This document shows positions 1-12,444 of a stretch of 64,000 nucleotides of DNA, one piece after another. The notes under the pieces were generated by a model. That model searched no databases. It was not told the origin of the DNA and worked only from the letters and a program-made list of their open reading frames with translations. The DNA is from Octopus sinensis (Eukaryota): NCBI RefSeq assembly GCF_006345805.1, contig NC_043024.1:8246001-8310000 (forward strand), in the 5' to 3' direction. The position numbers were made by a program, and so were the translations under genes. Every line of letters starts with the position of its first letter. The first letter of the stretch is position 1.

Positions 1-295
1 CGTCATCGTTTAACGTCCATTTTCCGTGCTAGCACGAGTTGGACGGTTCGACCGGGGTCTGGGAAGCCAGGGGCTGCACCAGGCTCCAGTCTGATCTGGC
101 AGTGTTTCTACAGCTGGATGCCCTTCCTAACGCCAACCACTCCGTGAGTGTAGTGGGTGCTTTTTACGTGCCACCGGCACAGGTGCCAGGGGAGTCTGGC
201 ATCGGCCACGATCGGTTGGCGCTTTTAACGTGCCACCGGCACGGAAGCCAGTCAAGGCGGCGCTGGCATCGGCCACGTTCGGATGGTGCTTTTTG
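1..295 (-). mobile_element. GAT-tailed RTE-type non-autonomous retroposon (family A)
   Basis: Motif gtggttggcgttaggaagggcatccagctgtagaaac and tail catgctagcatggaaaacggacgttaaacgatgatgat. Other copies: ~10145-10460 -, 11600-11912, 11985-12440, 16873-17211, 20628-20976, 26788-27137, 31508-31735 -, 32400-32740, 36520-36913, 37678-38003, 40283-40522, 46850-47506, 50455-50893, 51436-52036. Confidence 0.8.
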
Positions 296-333
<38 letters not shown>

Positions 334-1416
334 TCACATACACACATGCATATATATTGCATAACATGGTGGAGGGGGGGTGGAGGCTTTCCCTTTTTTT
401 TATCACATTAAATTCCAATATAATCGTAGACTACGCCATCCTAAGTTATTTATAGAAAATTTCTTTAAAAATTGTCAATTTTTCTGAAAGTTATGAGGAA
501 ACAGCAAATTCGGTGGAACACACATGTAGAACACTCACACACAAAGGGTTAGGTTTTCAGGGTTTTATGGTTAGGGTTTTAGGTTTTAAGGTTAGTGTTA
601 CGGAAAAAAGTCAAAATTGAAGAAATTGGGGGAGGGGAGGGATTTTTCACAATGCCGATTTTTTGACAATTTTCCGGAACCTCCATATCCAAAACCGAGG
701 GTTTTTGACAAAAAAATTTTTTGAATAAACAAATTTGGGAGGGGGGGGGTGCAGGGGCGGGTGGAAGGCTCCCCCCCCTTTTTTTTATCACATTAAATTC
801 TAATATAATCGTAGTCTAGAACATCCTAAGTTTCATTAGAAATTGTCAATTTTTCTGAAAGTTATGAGGAAACAAAAAAATAATAATAAATCACAAATTT
901 TATTATAATCGGAATCTACGCAATCTGAAGCGTATTTGCAGAAAATTTCATGTAAAAATATTCATTTTTCTGGATTTTATGAGGAAATAGCAAATTCGGT
1001 GGAACACACACACACACACACACACACGCAAATGGTCCCCGAAGTCTCTTCGGATAATGACACCGAAACGAATTAATGATTCTTCCTTTGATTTCACAAA
1101 CTCCGTGAACCAGAAACTCCAAACTTCTATACGCAACAATCGTTCTGGTTCGCAGATTGTGGATTCGTGATTAACTAGCAGATAATTAAATACAAACGGA
1201 GAGAGAAAAACGACATTGTAAAACAATTACATGCATGAGAAAAGCGAGATTTTTTCGGCGATGAATGAAGGAGTAAATTTATATGGAAACAAAAGAATGT
1301 AAGAAGAATGAAAGGCAAGGAGGAAGCAAGGAAGAAAGGAAGGGGAAAGCTAAACGGCAGATATATAAATGATATTTATATATGTGTATATATATATATA
1401 TCTATAGAGAGAGAAA

Positions 1417-1720
1417 GGTGGTGAGCTGGCAGAACCGTTAGCACGCCGGGCGAAATGCGTAGCGGTATTTCGTCTGCCGTTACGTTCTGAGGTCGGTAAA
1501 TTAAGTACCAGTTACGCACTGGGGTCGATCGATATAATCGACTTAATACCCTTTGTCTGTCCTTGTTTGTCCCCTCTATGTTTAGCCCCTTGTGGGTAAT
1601 AAAGAAACAGATAAATTAAGTACCAGTAACGCACTGGTGTCGATATAATCGACTTAATCCCTTTGTCTGTCCTTGTTTGTCCACTCTGTGTTTAGCCCCT
1701 TGTGGGTAGTAAAGAAATAT
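1417..1720 (+). mobile_element. SINE family E (rearranged copy)
   Basis: Head ggtgagctggcagaa, tail tttagccccttgtgggtagtaaagaaata. Other copies: ~16565-16790 -, 34268-34476 -, 43201-43370 -, 44351-44560 + (13-bp TSD ggtatcactagtc), 57884-58070 +. Confidence 0.75.
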
Positions 1721-1824
1721 ATGTATATATATAGAGAGAAACAGTGAGATAGATAGATAGACAAGCATGTAGATAGACATGAAGATTGATATATATATAT
1801 ATATATATATAGATAGATAGACAG

Positions 1825-1866
<42 letters not shown>

Positions 1867-2019
1867 GATAGATAGATAGATAGATAGATACATACATACA
1901 TACATATATATATATACGTGGGTGTGTATGTGTATATATATATTGTGTAAATATATATAGATATATCTATATATATATATATATAGATAGATAGATAGAT
2001 AGATCGAAGATAGATAGAT

Positions 2020-2052
<33 letters not shown>

Positions 2053-2175
2053 CGTGTGTGTGTATGTATGTAGGTTATATATGTGTGTAAATATATATAT
2101 ATATATGTTGATTCGCTAGCCTCTGCACGCATTTTTTTTCTCTCCTTGTTTCTTTCTGTGTTTCTTTTCTGTGTA

Positions 2176-2213
2176 TCTTTCCGTCGAAGAGCATAGGCTC
2201 GAAACGTAAAAGA
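2176..2213 (+). ncRNA. Minimal hammerhead-like motif, CYGUNGA+A variant (copies: 18616-18653 -, 24782-24819 -, 49920-49955 +)
   Basis: tcttt-CCGTCGA-A-gagc atag gctc-GAAA-cg-TA-aaaga. Stem I is 5 bp, stem II is 4 bp, and stem III is the loopless palindrome ACGT. The core deviates at positions 4 and 6. Confidence 0.5.
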
Positions 2214-2545
2214 CTTGTTTTATTTATATTCCTGAGCGCCATACTAATACAATTGTTTGTTTGTATTCCACCTGCCTTCGTCTTTTCTCTGTTTTCATAA
2301 AGCTTCCCGTTATATATATATAAATTAGTTTTAATCGGCAGAAGTTACGAAGTTACACAAATACCAAAACTTCAGCGCAGGGCATTTATGTGTGTTATAC
2401 ATAAATACACATGTCTGCATGTATGCAATATATAATATATAAAAGTGGGTGTATTTTAAGTACAGACACACGCACATATACGTATATGCATGTATGTACG
2501 TGAGTATATGTGTGCATATTCTTTACCTTCGCCATATATATATAT

Positions 2546-2940
2546 GGAGTGGCTGTGTGGTAAGTAGCTTGCTAACCAACCATATGGTTGCGGGTTCAGT
2601 CCCACTGCGTGGCATCTTGGGCAAGTGTCTTCTGCTATAGCCCCGGGCCGACCAATGCCTTGTGAGTGGATTTGGTAGACGGAAACTGAAAGAAGCCTGT
2701 CGTATATATGTATATATATATATATGTGTATGTGTGTCTGTGTTTGTCCCCCTAGCATTGCTTGACAACCGATGCTGGTGTGTTTACGTCCCCGTCACTT
2801 AGCGGTTCGGCAAAAGAGACCGATAGAATAAGTACTGGGCTTACAAAGAATAAGTCCGCGGGTCGATTTGCTCGACTAAAGGCGGTGCTCCAGCATGGCC
2901 GCAGTCAAATGACTGAAACAAGTAAAAGAGTAAAGAGTAA
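2546..2940 (+). mobile_element. Bipartite tRNA-head SINE (family B-C) with a central (TA)/(TG) microsatellite
   Basis: Head ggagtggctgtgtggtaag...gggttcagtccc, CORE-like ccttgggcaagt, tail gtaaaagag repeats. Other near-full copies: 14214-14613 -, 17820-18231 -, 19981-20367 -, 26143-26527 -, 33016-33431 +, 33699-34137 -, 35595-35980 +, 48977-49378 -, 56653-57062 -, 61042-61432 -, 62441-62873 -, plus many partial copies. Confidence 0.85.
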
Positions 2941-2944
2941 AGGA

Positions 2945-2980
<36 letters not shown>

Positions 2981-2982
2981 TA

Positions 2983-3094
2983 ATAGAAGGAGCTTCTACA
3001 GGACTAGAACTGTTTCATTCAAAAGAAATCATCAGGAGCTTCCTGGTGATTTCTTTTGAATGAACAGTTCTAGTCCTGTAGAAGCTCCTTCTAT
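2983..3094. repeat. Near-perfect ~55-bp-arm palindrome with a hammerhead motif on each strand
   Basis: The arms differ by 1 substitution and 1 indel. On +: ggagcttc-CTGGTGA...GAAcag ttctagtc ctg-TA-gaagctcc (8-bp stem I, damaged core). On -: intact CTGATGA/GAAA core with a damaged stem I. Confidence 0.8.
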
Positions 3095-3167
3095 AAATAA
3101 ATTAATTACTCTGCTATGTATTGAGTACCTTATTTACTGTGGTTAACCCCGACTTAACCCGGGACCT

Positions 3168-3201
<34 letters not shown>

Positions 3202-3680
3202 TCGGTTGTCACCTATTATATTATAGATAAATTCCTCTATTTACATATCGAGATCTTACTTTTGTTGTCATATATATATATATATTATATAGAGGGCATT
3301 CTTACACATAAATGCCACACGCTAGGAGGGACTTTTAAAGTCATTAACTACCAAAAATAAACGAATGCATGTATGTGTGTATATATATATCTTTTACTTT
3401 GTTTGACATTCGACTGCGGCCATGCTGGAACACCGCCTGTAAGGGGTTAGCCGAACAAATGGATTCCAGAACTTATATTTTAAAGCCTAGTACTAATTCT
3501 AATTTTTTTCTTTTGCCAAAGCGCTAAGTTACGGGGGACGTAAATACACCATCACCGGTGGGGGGAGGAGACAAGTACACACACAGACACACACACACAT
3601 ATATATATCGTCTGTAAATTCTAAAACCGAAAGGGAATCACACTCAAAGTTATAGAGAGTATTTAGGTAAAGATAGTTAC

Positions 3681-3809
3681 GGCCGGTTTATAGGGTCACC
3701 CAGGGTTTCGCGTCCGTCAATCTATTAACATTACAAGGTCGAGTGGCGAGACGTTGTAATGCACAGCGCTTTATGGACGCGAAACCCTGGGTAACCCTTG
3801 AAACCGGCC
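3681..3809. repeat. Fold-back with 37-bp arms
   Basis: ggccggtttatagggtcacccagggtttcgcgtccgt versus atggacgcgaaaccctgggtaacccttgaaaccggcc (about 4 mismatches). A third partial arm begins at 3850. Confidence 0.8.
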
Positions 3810-4011
3810 TTAACCATATCTATATATATATATATTAATTACTGGTGAAGGCCGGTTTATAGGGCACCTTTATGGCGTATCTTCAGACCCGAAGACCCTA
3901 AAACACATGTGGGTTTAAAATTTACTACAGCCGTTTCGCTAGAATTTTAGTGATGCATTCACAGAATCCTGGAACTAATCTATATACATATTAACATTAA
4001 GCAGAAGCAAC

Positions 4012-4057
4012 AGTGACTCAAGGTCCGAGAGTTTCGTGCGTTGGCATTTATCAAACT
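4012..4057 (-). ncRNA. Hammerhead-like motif with U3-A8 core
   Basis: Minus strand: agt-TTGATAA-atgc caac gcac-GAAA-ctc tcggacctt gag-TC-act. Triplet GUC; A.C mismatch at the base of stem II. Confidence 0.48.
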
Positions 4058-4102
4058 TACCAAAGGCACGAAGTTCTCGGTCCTTGAGTCACCCTGGAGC
4101 TT

Positions 4103-4708
4103 CGGATCTTTTCGGTTTGAACGGCAGTTTTTTTCTAGCGGTGTCATATGAAATTGTCACCCATAATTATGACCCTAGTATCAATCTATTGCTTTCAATC
4201 TGTTTTAGGGTTAGGGTTAGAGATGGGGGGAAGGGTATCTTTTTTTCTTCACAAATGTAAATAAACCCAATCTGTTTCTTAAACGAGGGACATATTCATA
4301 CGGCACAGAATGTTTTTTTTTTACCTCAATAGACGCCATTGATTGGTTGAAATTGCAGAAATTGAAGAAAAAACAACAACAAATATCTTACAAACTGTAG
4401 AATTTTCTCAATAAAGACAAGAGAAAAAGATGTTTTATAAAAAGTTTGGGAACCACTGGCTTAGACAAATAAAACCCAGTACTTATTAGTATTATTATTT
4501 TTTTCAAGTCTGGCACTTATTCTATCAATCTGTTTTGCCAAACCGCCAAGCTTCGGGGACGAAAACAAAACAACATAGGTATAGATTTTCTCAATAAAGC
4601 CAAGAGAAAAAGATGTTTTATAAACACATTCTACCAGTATACGAAGTTTAAAATTTTTTAGTTACCTAGAAATTATGTTAAAAACTGCCGTTCAAACCGA
4701 AAAGATCC
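4103..4708. mobile_element. MITE-like element with 29-bp TIRs (second copy 41367-41796)
   Basis: cggatcttttcggtttgaacggcagtttt / aaaactgccgttcaaaccgaaaagatccg. This copy has an internal insertion. Superfamily not assigned. Confidence 0.8.
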
Positions 4709-4796
4709 GTAGCTTCTGCTAGATATTAGTAAAAATATACATTTATACGCATATTCTGAATACAATTTTTCCTGTCTGCATCACCATACCTATATA

Positions 4797-5012
4797 CAAT
4801 GGGGTGTTGAAAAGTTCTTGGCTTTGGGTAAAAGAATATTCAGGAGAATCAGTTACGATTTAATTCAAAATATTCCCCTCTCAGATTTACACACTTATTG
4901 CAACAACCCTTCAGTTTTTCTAAACCCTGTAAAAGAATTCGGAAGATTGGGCCGCCAGCCAGGCCTTTCGCAAAACCCTTAAAGCCAAAAACTTTTCAGT
5001 AACTTCCTTGTG
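4797..5012. mobile_element. Tc1/mariner-type MITE
   Basis: TA on both sides; imperfect TIRs caatggggtgttgaaaagttcttggcttt / aaagccaaaaacttttcagtaacttccttgtg. Confidence 0.6.
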
Positions 5013-5761
5013 TATATATATATATATTATATATATATATATATAGGGAAAGTTTACGAAGAAAACAAAAGACGAAGACAGGTGGTGTACAAAACAAACA
5101 GATGTATTAGTATAACGCTCATATATGTATTAGTATAACACATGTATATATATACACACACATATATATACATATATATACACACACACATATATATATA
5201 CAAACACATACACATATATATACACACTTATATATATACATACACACTTATATATACATACACACACACACATATATACATACACACACATATATATATA
5301 CACACACATACATATATATACACACACACATATATATATACATACATACACACATATATATATATACATACACACACACACACATATATATACATACACA
5401 CACACACATATATATATACATACACACATATATACATACACACACACATATATACATACACACACACACATCTATACACACACACGTGCGCGCACGAGTC
5501 ACCTAAGAGACCATAAGTCAGGGAAAAGATGCATTCGTATATCTTTTCGGATAATATATATGTATATATATATGTGTGTGTGTGTATATATATATAATAC
5601 GTGCATTATATTGTGTGTAAAGCAAGTCCATATATACGTACTTACGGATATACTTATACACACATACATACACATATACACACATACATGTGTGTATACA
5701 GGTAGAAAGACAACCAAACCAGTTAGACACAGACAGAGACAAACACAGACACACAACTTAC

Positions 5762-5941
5762 CTGTATATCTCCACCGAAATAGATAACATGTTTCTTGGC
5801 CGTCATAAAATCACCACAGACTATGACATCGCTGTGCTTTTCAGCATTACTGCCATGTACCCGAAGGAATCGCCTACAATCTTCATTTTTCTCAACGCAT
5901 ATATCATCCGTCGTCTTCTCTTCGTCTGCTTTCTCAGCCAT
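5762..5941 (-). CDS. C2orf69: Coding exon of a C2orf69-like (UPF0565) gene: MAEKADEEKTTDDICVEKNEDCRRFLRVHGSNAEKHSDVIVCGDFMTAKKHVIYFGGDIQ; remaining exons lie beyond position 1
   Basis: Exactly 60 codons from the ATG (5941) to a consensus donor CAG|GTAAGT (intron GT at 5761-5760). HVIYFGGDIQ matches the recalled human motif HVLYFPGDVQ. Only one exon is seen, so the assignment rests on a short motif. Confidence 0.68.
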
Positions 5942-5987
5942 TGTTACTGCTTCCTTTCTTAATTACCAATTAGTAATTAGTGTTACC

Positions 5988-6018
<31 letters not shown>

Positions 6019-6835
6019 TGGTTTATTGCGTAAGGAAGTTATTTGTATTCGGATCAATTATTATAAGTATATTGCAATAAAAATTATAATTATTAATTGG
6101 CAATCTTTCGTTGTCTGTTAAATATTTTGCACACACTTAAAAAAATTTTTTTTTTACCTTTTCAGTTATAATTAATCAATTATAACAGGTAGATAACGTA
6201 AAATAAAATATACACCCCGTAAAATATACAGAAATTCAGGTGAATTTTAATTTATATCTTTCACCTCCTTTTCCCGCAATAATAATAATACTTGTACAGT
6301 TGACGGTGAAGTGTTAAAGAAGTGTGCAAGTGCTTGGTGGTTCCAAATTAATGTTGTAATAATGTAATTTTACATCGGGTAATTTTACATAGGAAGCCAA
6401 CGAAACGACGGATTAAGCGGTCTGTGAGCCACTAAGCGAATAGTGTTGGTTGCGTAACTAGATATAATATTTTCTGTGGAAGAATGTGTTCTCGTAACAG
6501 ACATATAGACACACACACACACGTATATATATATGTATGTATGTATATATATATATATATATTATGCACACATGTGTGTGTGAGTGCGTGCGTAATATGA
6601 TTTATAAATAGATGATAATGCCGTAATACGCAAGGGAGACAACAGTTGACATAACGAACGTAGTGACAATTAGACACACACACACACAGATATATATATA
6701 CATACATACGTAACGTACATACATGAGTACGTACACATGTAAGTACGTACGCACAAACACACAGACGAATAGAAACATGTTAGCGCTCAGACGCATACAG
6801 ACTCACATACGCTCCCGCGCAAAGGCGTCCACATG

Positions 6836-6838
6836 TGT

Positions 6839-6892
<54 letters not shown>

Positions 6893-6936
6893 AAGCGCGC
6901 GCCAAGGCCACACACACATACATACATATATATACT

Positions 6937-6989
<53 letters not shown>

Positions 6990-7061
6990 ATATATATATA
7001 TGTATGTTGTATGTATATATATATATATAATATATATATATATATTTTATATATATACACA

Positions 7062-7131
<70 letters not shown>

Positions 7132-7139
7132 AAATATAT

Positions 7140-7170
<31 letters not shown>

Positions 7171-7304
7171 TATATATATATATAATATATATATAAAATA
7201 TAATTTATATATATATATAATATATTTTAATATATATATATAAATATATATTTTATATATATATATAAATATATATTTATATATAATATATATTTATATA
7301 TTTA

Positions 7305-7351
<47 letters not shown>

Positions 7352-7572
7352 ATATAGATATATTGGTAAAAACGGTAAGATAACAAAAGAGAGAAAGAGA
7401 CCTCAATATTAATGTAAATAGAGGAAATTTATCAGTAAAATAATGTTACAATTACTCAATAGTCAAGATAAAACTCTGAGTTTCAGATGCCGAAGTGGTA
7501 TATTATTATAATATTATCATATATATATCTATATATATATCATGTATATGTATATGTATATGTATATGTATG

Positions 7573-7617
<45 letters not shown>

Positions 7618-7710
7618 ATATATATATAATATGTATGTATATGTATATGTATTGTATATGTATATGTAATACTATATATATATATATTGTATATATATGT
7701 AATGTATATG

Positions 7711-7800
<90 letters not shown>
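6836..7800. repeat. (CA)n/(TA)n microsatellite field (others: 1785-2105, 5130-5480, 14617-15147, 34600-35070, 35330-35590, 42270-42690)
   Basis: Directly visible dinucleotide and tetranucleotide tracts. Confidence 0.95.
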
Positions 7801-7886
7801 AATAAGGATAATATCGATATTTAAATATCAATATTATCAAGTGGCCAGCATGGAAAAAATACCATACAAAGGTAATAATTTTTTAA

Positions 7887-8163
7887 AACTAACATAAGGG
7901 TGTCTGAGAGACACCACCATACCGAAATAGCAGTCAAATCCTGACTCTAAGAACCACCTTAAATGTTCATATCGCACCATGAGATAAGATAGAGGGACCA
8001 AATCCAAGATCTTGAATTATTCAGTAATATCTTTTTGCTAGTCTATTTTGTCCCTCTGTCTTATCTCATGGTGCGATGTGAACGTTAAGGTGGTTCTTTG
8101 AGTCAGGGATTTGACTGCTATTTCGGCATGGTGCTGTCTCTCAGACAACCTTTATTTTTAGTT
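7887..8163. repeat. Fold-back element, arms ~7887-8003 / 8045-8163
   Basis: About 115-bp inverted arms, roughly 90% identical by eye, next to (TA)n tracts. Confidence 0.85.
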
Positions 8164-8192
8164 GGTGCACCAAAGCACTGTATACAATTATT

Positions 8193-8245
<53 letters not shown>

Positions 8246-8518
8246 ATATATATATATATATATATACAAATGGGACAAAAACGCAAAACATTCAAATATA
8301 CGATACAAAAAAGAAAAGCCTCTAATCTTCAGTCAAGAACCGGATCATCCTCGCAATTTCGGTTAATTAATCTCCTTGTTTGTCCCCTCTATGTTTAGCC
8401 CCTTGTGGGTAGTAAAGATATTTAATTTCGGTTAATTAATCTTCAGATTGTCCCGATCCGGCCAGCCCCAAGGAAAAACTAAGCTACGAGCATTAGATTT
8501 CTTGGAAAAAGGATCGAA

Positions 8519-9480
8519 TACACACACGCACACACACACACACATACACGTACACTTCACACTCATATACAAACACATATACACAAGCAGATAACATACA
8601 CACACACATACATACGCTCACACACATACACACATAAACATGCACACTTCACACTCATATACAAACATATATACACACTCACAGATAACATACACACGCA
8701 CACAGATAAATACACACACACACACTCACGCACGTACGCTCACACACATACACACACACACGCACGTACGCTCACACACATACACACGCACACTTCACAC
8801 TCATATACAAACACATACACACACTCACAGATAACAAATACACACACACACACAGATAACATACACACGCACACAGATAAATACACACACACACACACAT
8901 AACATACACACGCACACAGATAAATACACACACACACACACACAGATAACATACACACGCACACAGATAAATACACACACACACACACACAGATAAATAC
9001 ATACACACACACAGATAACATACACACGCACACAGATAAATACACACACGCAGATAACATACACACGCACACAGATAAATACACACACACACACACATAA
9101 CATACACACGCACACAGATAAATACACACACACACACACAGATAACATACACACGCACATAGATAAATACACACACACACACACAGATAAATACATACAC
9201 ACACACAGATAACATACACACGCACACAGATAAATACATACACACACACACACAGATAAATACACACACACAGATAACATACACACACATACGCTCACAC
9301 ACATAAACATGCACACTTCACACTCATATACAAACACATATACACAAGCACAGATAACATACACACGCACACAGATAAATACACACTCACACGCACACGC
9401 TCACACACATACACACGCACACTTCACACTCATATACAAACACACATACACACGCACACAGATAAATACACACACCTACA
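8519..9480 (+). repeat. Complex (CA)-rich minisatellite
   Basis: Alternating cacagataaata(ca)n and cacagataacata(ca)ncg units. Confidence 0.9.
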
Positions 9481-10468
9481 CATTGACGCACGCTCATCAT
9501 TTCAATGACCATTTGTTCATCTCGGCGTGTTATATTTTATTACATAAGTAATTAATCCTTTTATAAGGTGACTTTCCTTACGGCAGACGACCTCTCCCTC
9601 CCACAGGATACTTTCTGCCTAGCCATTCATTAAGTCAAACAATAACTCCACGAAACCTTTATATTTCCTATAAGAATACAAGAATTTAGATATGTGTGTA
9701 TATGTGGATGTATAGACGCTAGCGTAGTTATATAGTAAGGATTTTACTTCCCAACCACAAGGTCCCGGGTTCAGTCTCACAGTGTGGAATCTTTGACAAA
9801 CGTCTTCTTCTATAGCCCTAGGACGATCAAAGACTTGTGAGTGGATCTGGTAGACGGAAACTGAAAGAAGTTAGTGTGGTGAGTAGTTTGCTTACCAACC
9901 ACATGGTTCCGGGTTCAGTCCCACTGCATGGCACCTTGGGCAAGTGTCTTCTGCTATAGCCTCAGGCCGGCCAAAGCCTTGTGAGTGGATTTGGTATACG
10001 GAAACTGAAAGAAGCCCATCATATGTATATATGTATGTGTGTGTGTGTGTTTGTGTATCTGTGTTTGTCCCCCCTACATCGCTTGACAACCGATGCTGGT
10101 GTGTTTACGTTCCCGTATATATGTGTGTGTGTGTGTATATATATATCATCATCATCATCGTTTAACGTCCGCTTTCCATGCTAGCATGGGTTGGACGAAT
10201 GACTGAGGGCTGACAAACCAGATGGCTGCACCAGGCTTCAATCTTGATCTGGCATGCCCTTCCTAACGCCAACCACTCCTAGAATGTAGTGGGTGCTTTT
10301 ACGTGCCACCAGCACAGGGGCCAGTCAGATGGTACTGGCAACGACCTCGTTCGAATCTTTTACACATGCCACCAGCGCAGATGCCAGTAAGGCGATGCTG
10401 GTAACGATCACTCTTGAATGGTGTCTTTTACGTGCTGCTGGCATGAAGGCCAGATAGCCGCTCTTCTC

Positions 10469-10499
<31 letters not shown>

Positions 10500-10547
10500 A
10501 TCTCATCTATATATAATATAAATATATATATATATATATATAATATA

Positions 10548-11059
10548 TCTATATATTAAACTGTAGTTGGTGTGAGTGTCTGTCCCCTTCGATTTAGATT
10601 CCTAACTACTCCCACATTTTGCAGTGCAGTTTAACCAAATTCGGGTATCTTATAGTCGTGATTCATATTGAGCCCGTCTGAGTATTAGAGCGCGTCTACG
10701 ATGAGTCTACGATTTTAAAAATAATTTAACATCATTTTTTATTCCATTTTAATGCATAATTTTTCGTGTGTCGATGGCGGCGGAGTTGGCATCCACGGTC
10801 ACACCTGCACCTGTTTGCTTCTCCCCCTTCTTCCCTCCCTCGTGAAGCTGTGGGGAAGGGAGTGTAAGGAAATCAACGTCGTAATGCGTTGTCAAGGAGA
10901 CCAGCGTTCTTTTAGAACAACGACTTCATGGCTTGAAGACACCAAAACAGAAATGGCTAAGAAAGCCCTAATTGGCATTTATAAGGGAAGTAACTCTCTA
11001 AAAATGCTTATATAGTTATTTCCCTTACAAACCCGAGCAACGCCGGGCGATACTGCTAG
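10548..11059 (+). mobile_element. Non-autonomous Helitron
   Basis: A|TC start, subterminal hairpin cccgagcaacgccggg, CTAG|T end, no TSD. Confidence 0.85.
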
Positions 11060-11079
11060 TATATATATATATAGAAAAA

Positions 11080-11308
11080 AAAGTCAAGATAGAAAATGCT
11101 AAAATAATTTTATAAAAAACATTTCAGTACTGGTTTCAATCATTGAGACTTTTTCAACTAACAATTAAATAATTAAATTTAGAAAAATTAAAAGAAAAGT
11201 TTTTTAAAAAACTTCATTTAATTGTTACAGTTGAATAAGTCTCAATGTCTGAAGCTGGTACTGAAATGTTTTTTATATAATTATTTTAGCATTTCCTAAC
11301 TTGACTTT
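11080..11308. repeat. Fold-back element, arms 11080-11170 / 11216-11308
   Basis: About 90-bp inverted arms between TA tracts; carries the U3-A8 motif. Confidence 0.85.
11124..11161 (-). ncRNA. Hammerhead-like motif with U3-A8 core
   Basis: Minus strand: ttag-TTGAAAA-agtc tcaat gatt-GAAA-ccag-TA-ctga. All stems pair if G.U is allowed. The two arms give accagt and gctggt, consistent with an ancestral ACCGGT palindrome. Confidence 0.5.
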
Positions 11309-11362
11309 ATTTTCCAAATATATCAATCTCGTGTGTTCCTTTTCATCCTTATACATTCATAC

Positions 11363-11395
<33 letters not shown>

Positions 11396-11400
<5 letters not shown>

Positions 11401-12407
11401 ATTTAGAGATAGAAGTCCCCATGCAATTCATCAAATCCTAAAATACATCACACTATACAATAGAATTTTATTCTAATGCTTACTAATCATTTCTAAATTT
11501 CTCGATATCCTACGTTCTACTTGTCTAGAACCTGTCATCGCTTCTCCGAACACCCCTCCCCACTGGTGCTCCCCTATATTCCTGCACCCGCCCCCCCCCC
11601 CCCACATAAAAAGCACCATCCGAACGTGGCCGATGCCAGCACCGCCCCGACTAGCTTCTGTGCAGGTGGCACATAAAAGGCACCAACCGACCGTGGCCGA
11701 TGCCAGACCCCTCTGGCACCTGTGCAGGTGGCACATAAAAAGCACCCACTACACTCGCGGAGTGGTTGGCGTTAGGAAGGGCATCCAGCTGTAGAAACAC
11801 TGCCAGACCAGACTGGAGCCTGGGGCAGCCCCTGGCTCCCCAGACCCCGGTCGAACCGTCCAACCCGTGCTAGCGCGGAAAACGGACGTTAAACGATGAT
11901 GATGATGATGATGACATATGCATATTTGTCTGTTAATTACATTCGTAACTGTTGAAATATTAAAATATAGAAATTGTTATTGAATTATTGTGCAGGTGGC
12001 AAGTAAAGAAACACCGTTTCGACCCTGTGCTTGAGGAGACCTATTGAGTCAAGTACATCAACATCAAAAATCAATGGAAATTGTAGTTGTGATCCCTGTG
12101 GCTTCTGTGCTGGTGGCACGTAAAAAGCACCATCCGAACGTGGTTGATGCCAGCGCCGGCTTGACTGGCTTCCGTGCCGGTGGCACGTAAAGAGCACCAA
12201 CTGATCGTGACCGTTGCCAGCTTCCTCTGGCCCCTGTGCCGGTGGCATGTAAAAAGCACCCACTACACTCACGGAGTGGTTGGCGTTAGGAAGGGCATCC
12301 AGCTGTAGAAACACAGCCAGATCAGATTGGAGCCTGGTGCAGCCTCCTGGCTTCCCAGATCCCGGTCGAACCGTCCAACCCATGCTAGCATGGAAAACAG
12401 ACGTTAA

Positions 12408-12444
<37 letters not shown>

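Noticed and set aside
545-595. TTAGGG-like repeats (also ~4205 and ~41470)
   Set aside because: Only 2-3 degenerate units inside dispersed repeats; not telomeric arrays.
7887-8163. Hammerhead in this fold-back (CTGAGAGA...GAAA...GTC)
   Set aside because: The core has an extra base and stems I and II do not pair convincingly in either arm.
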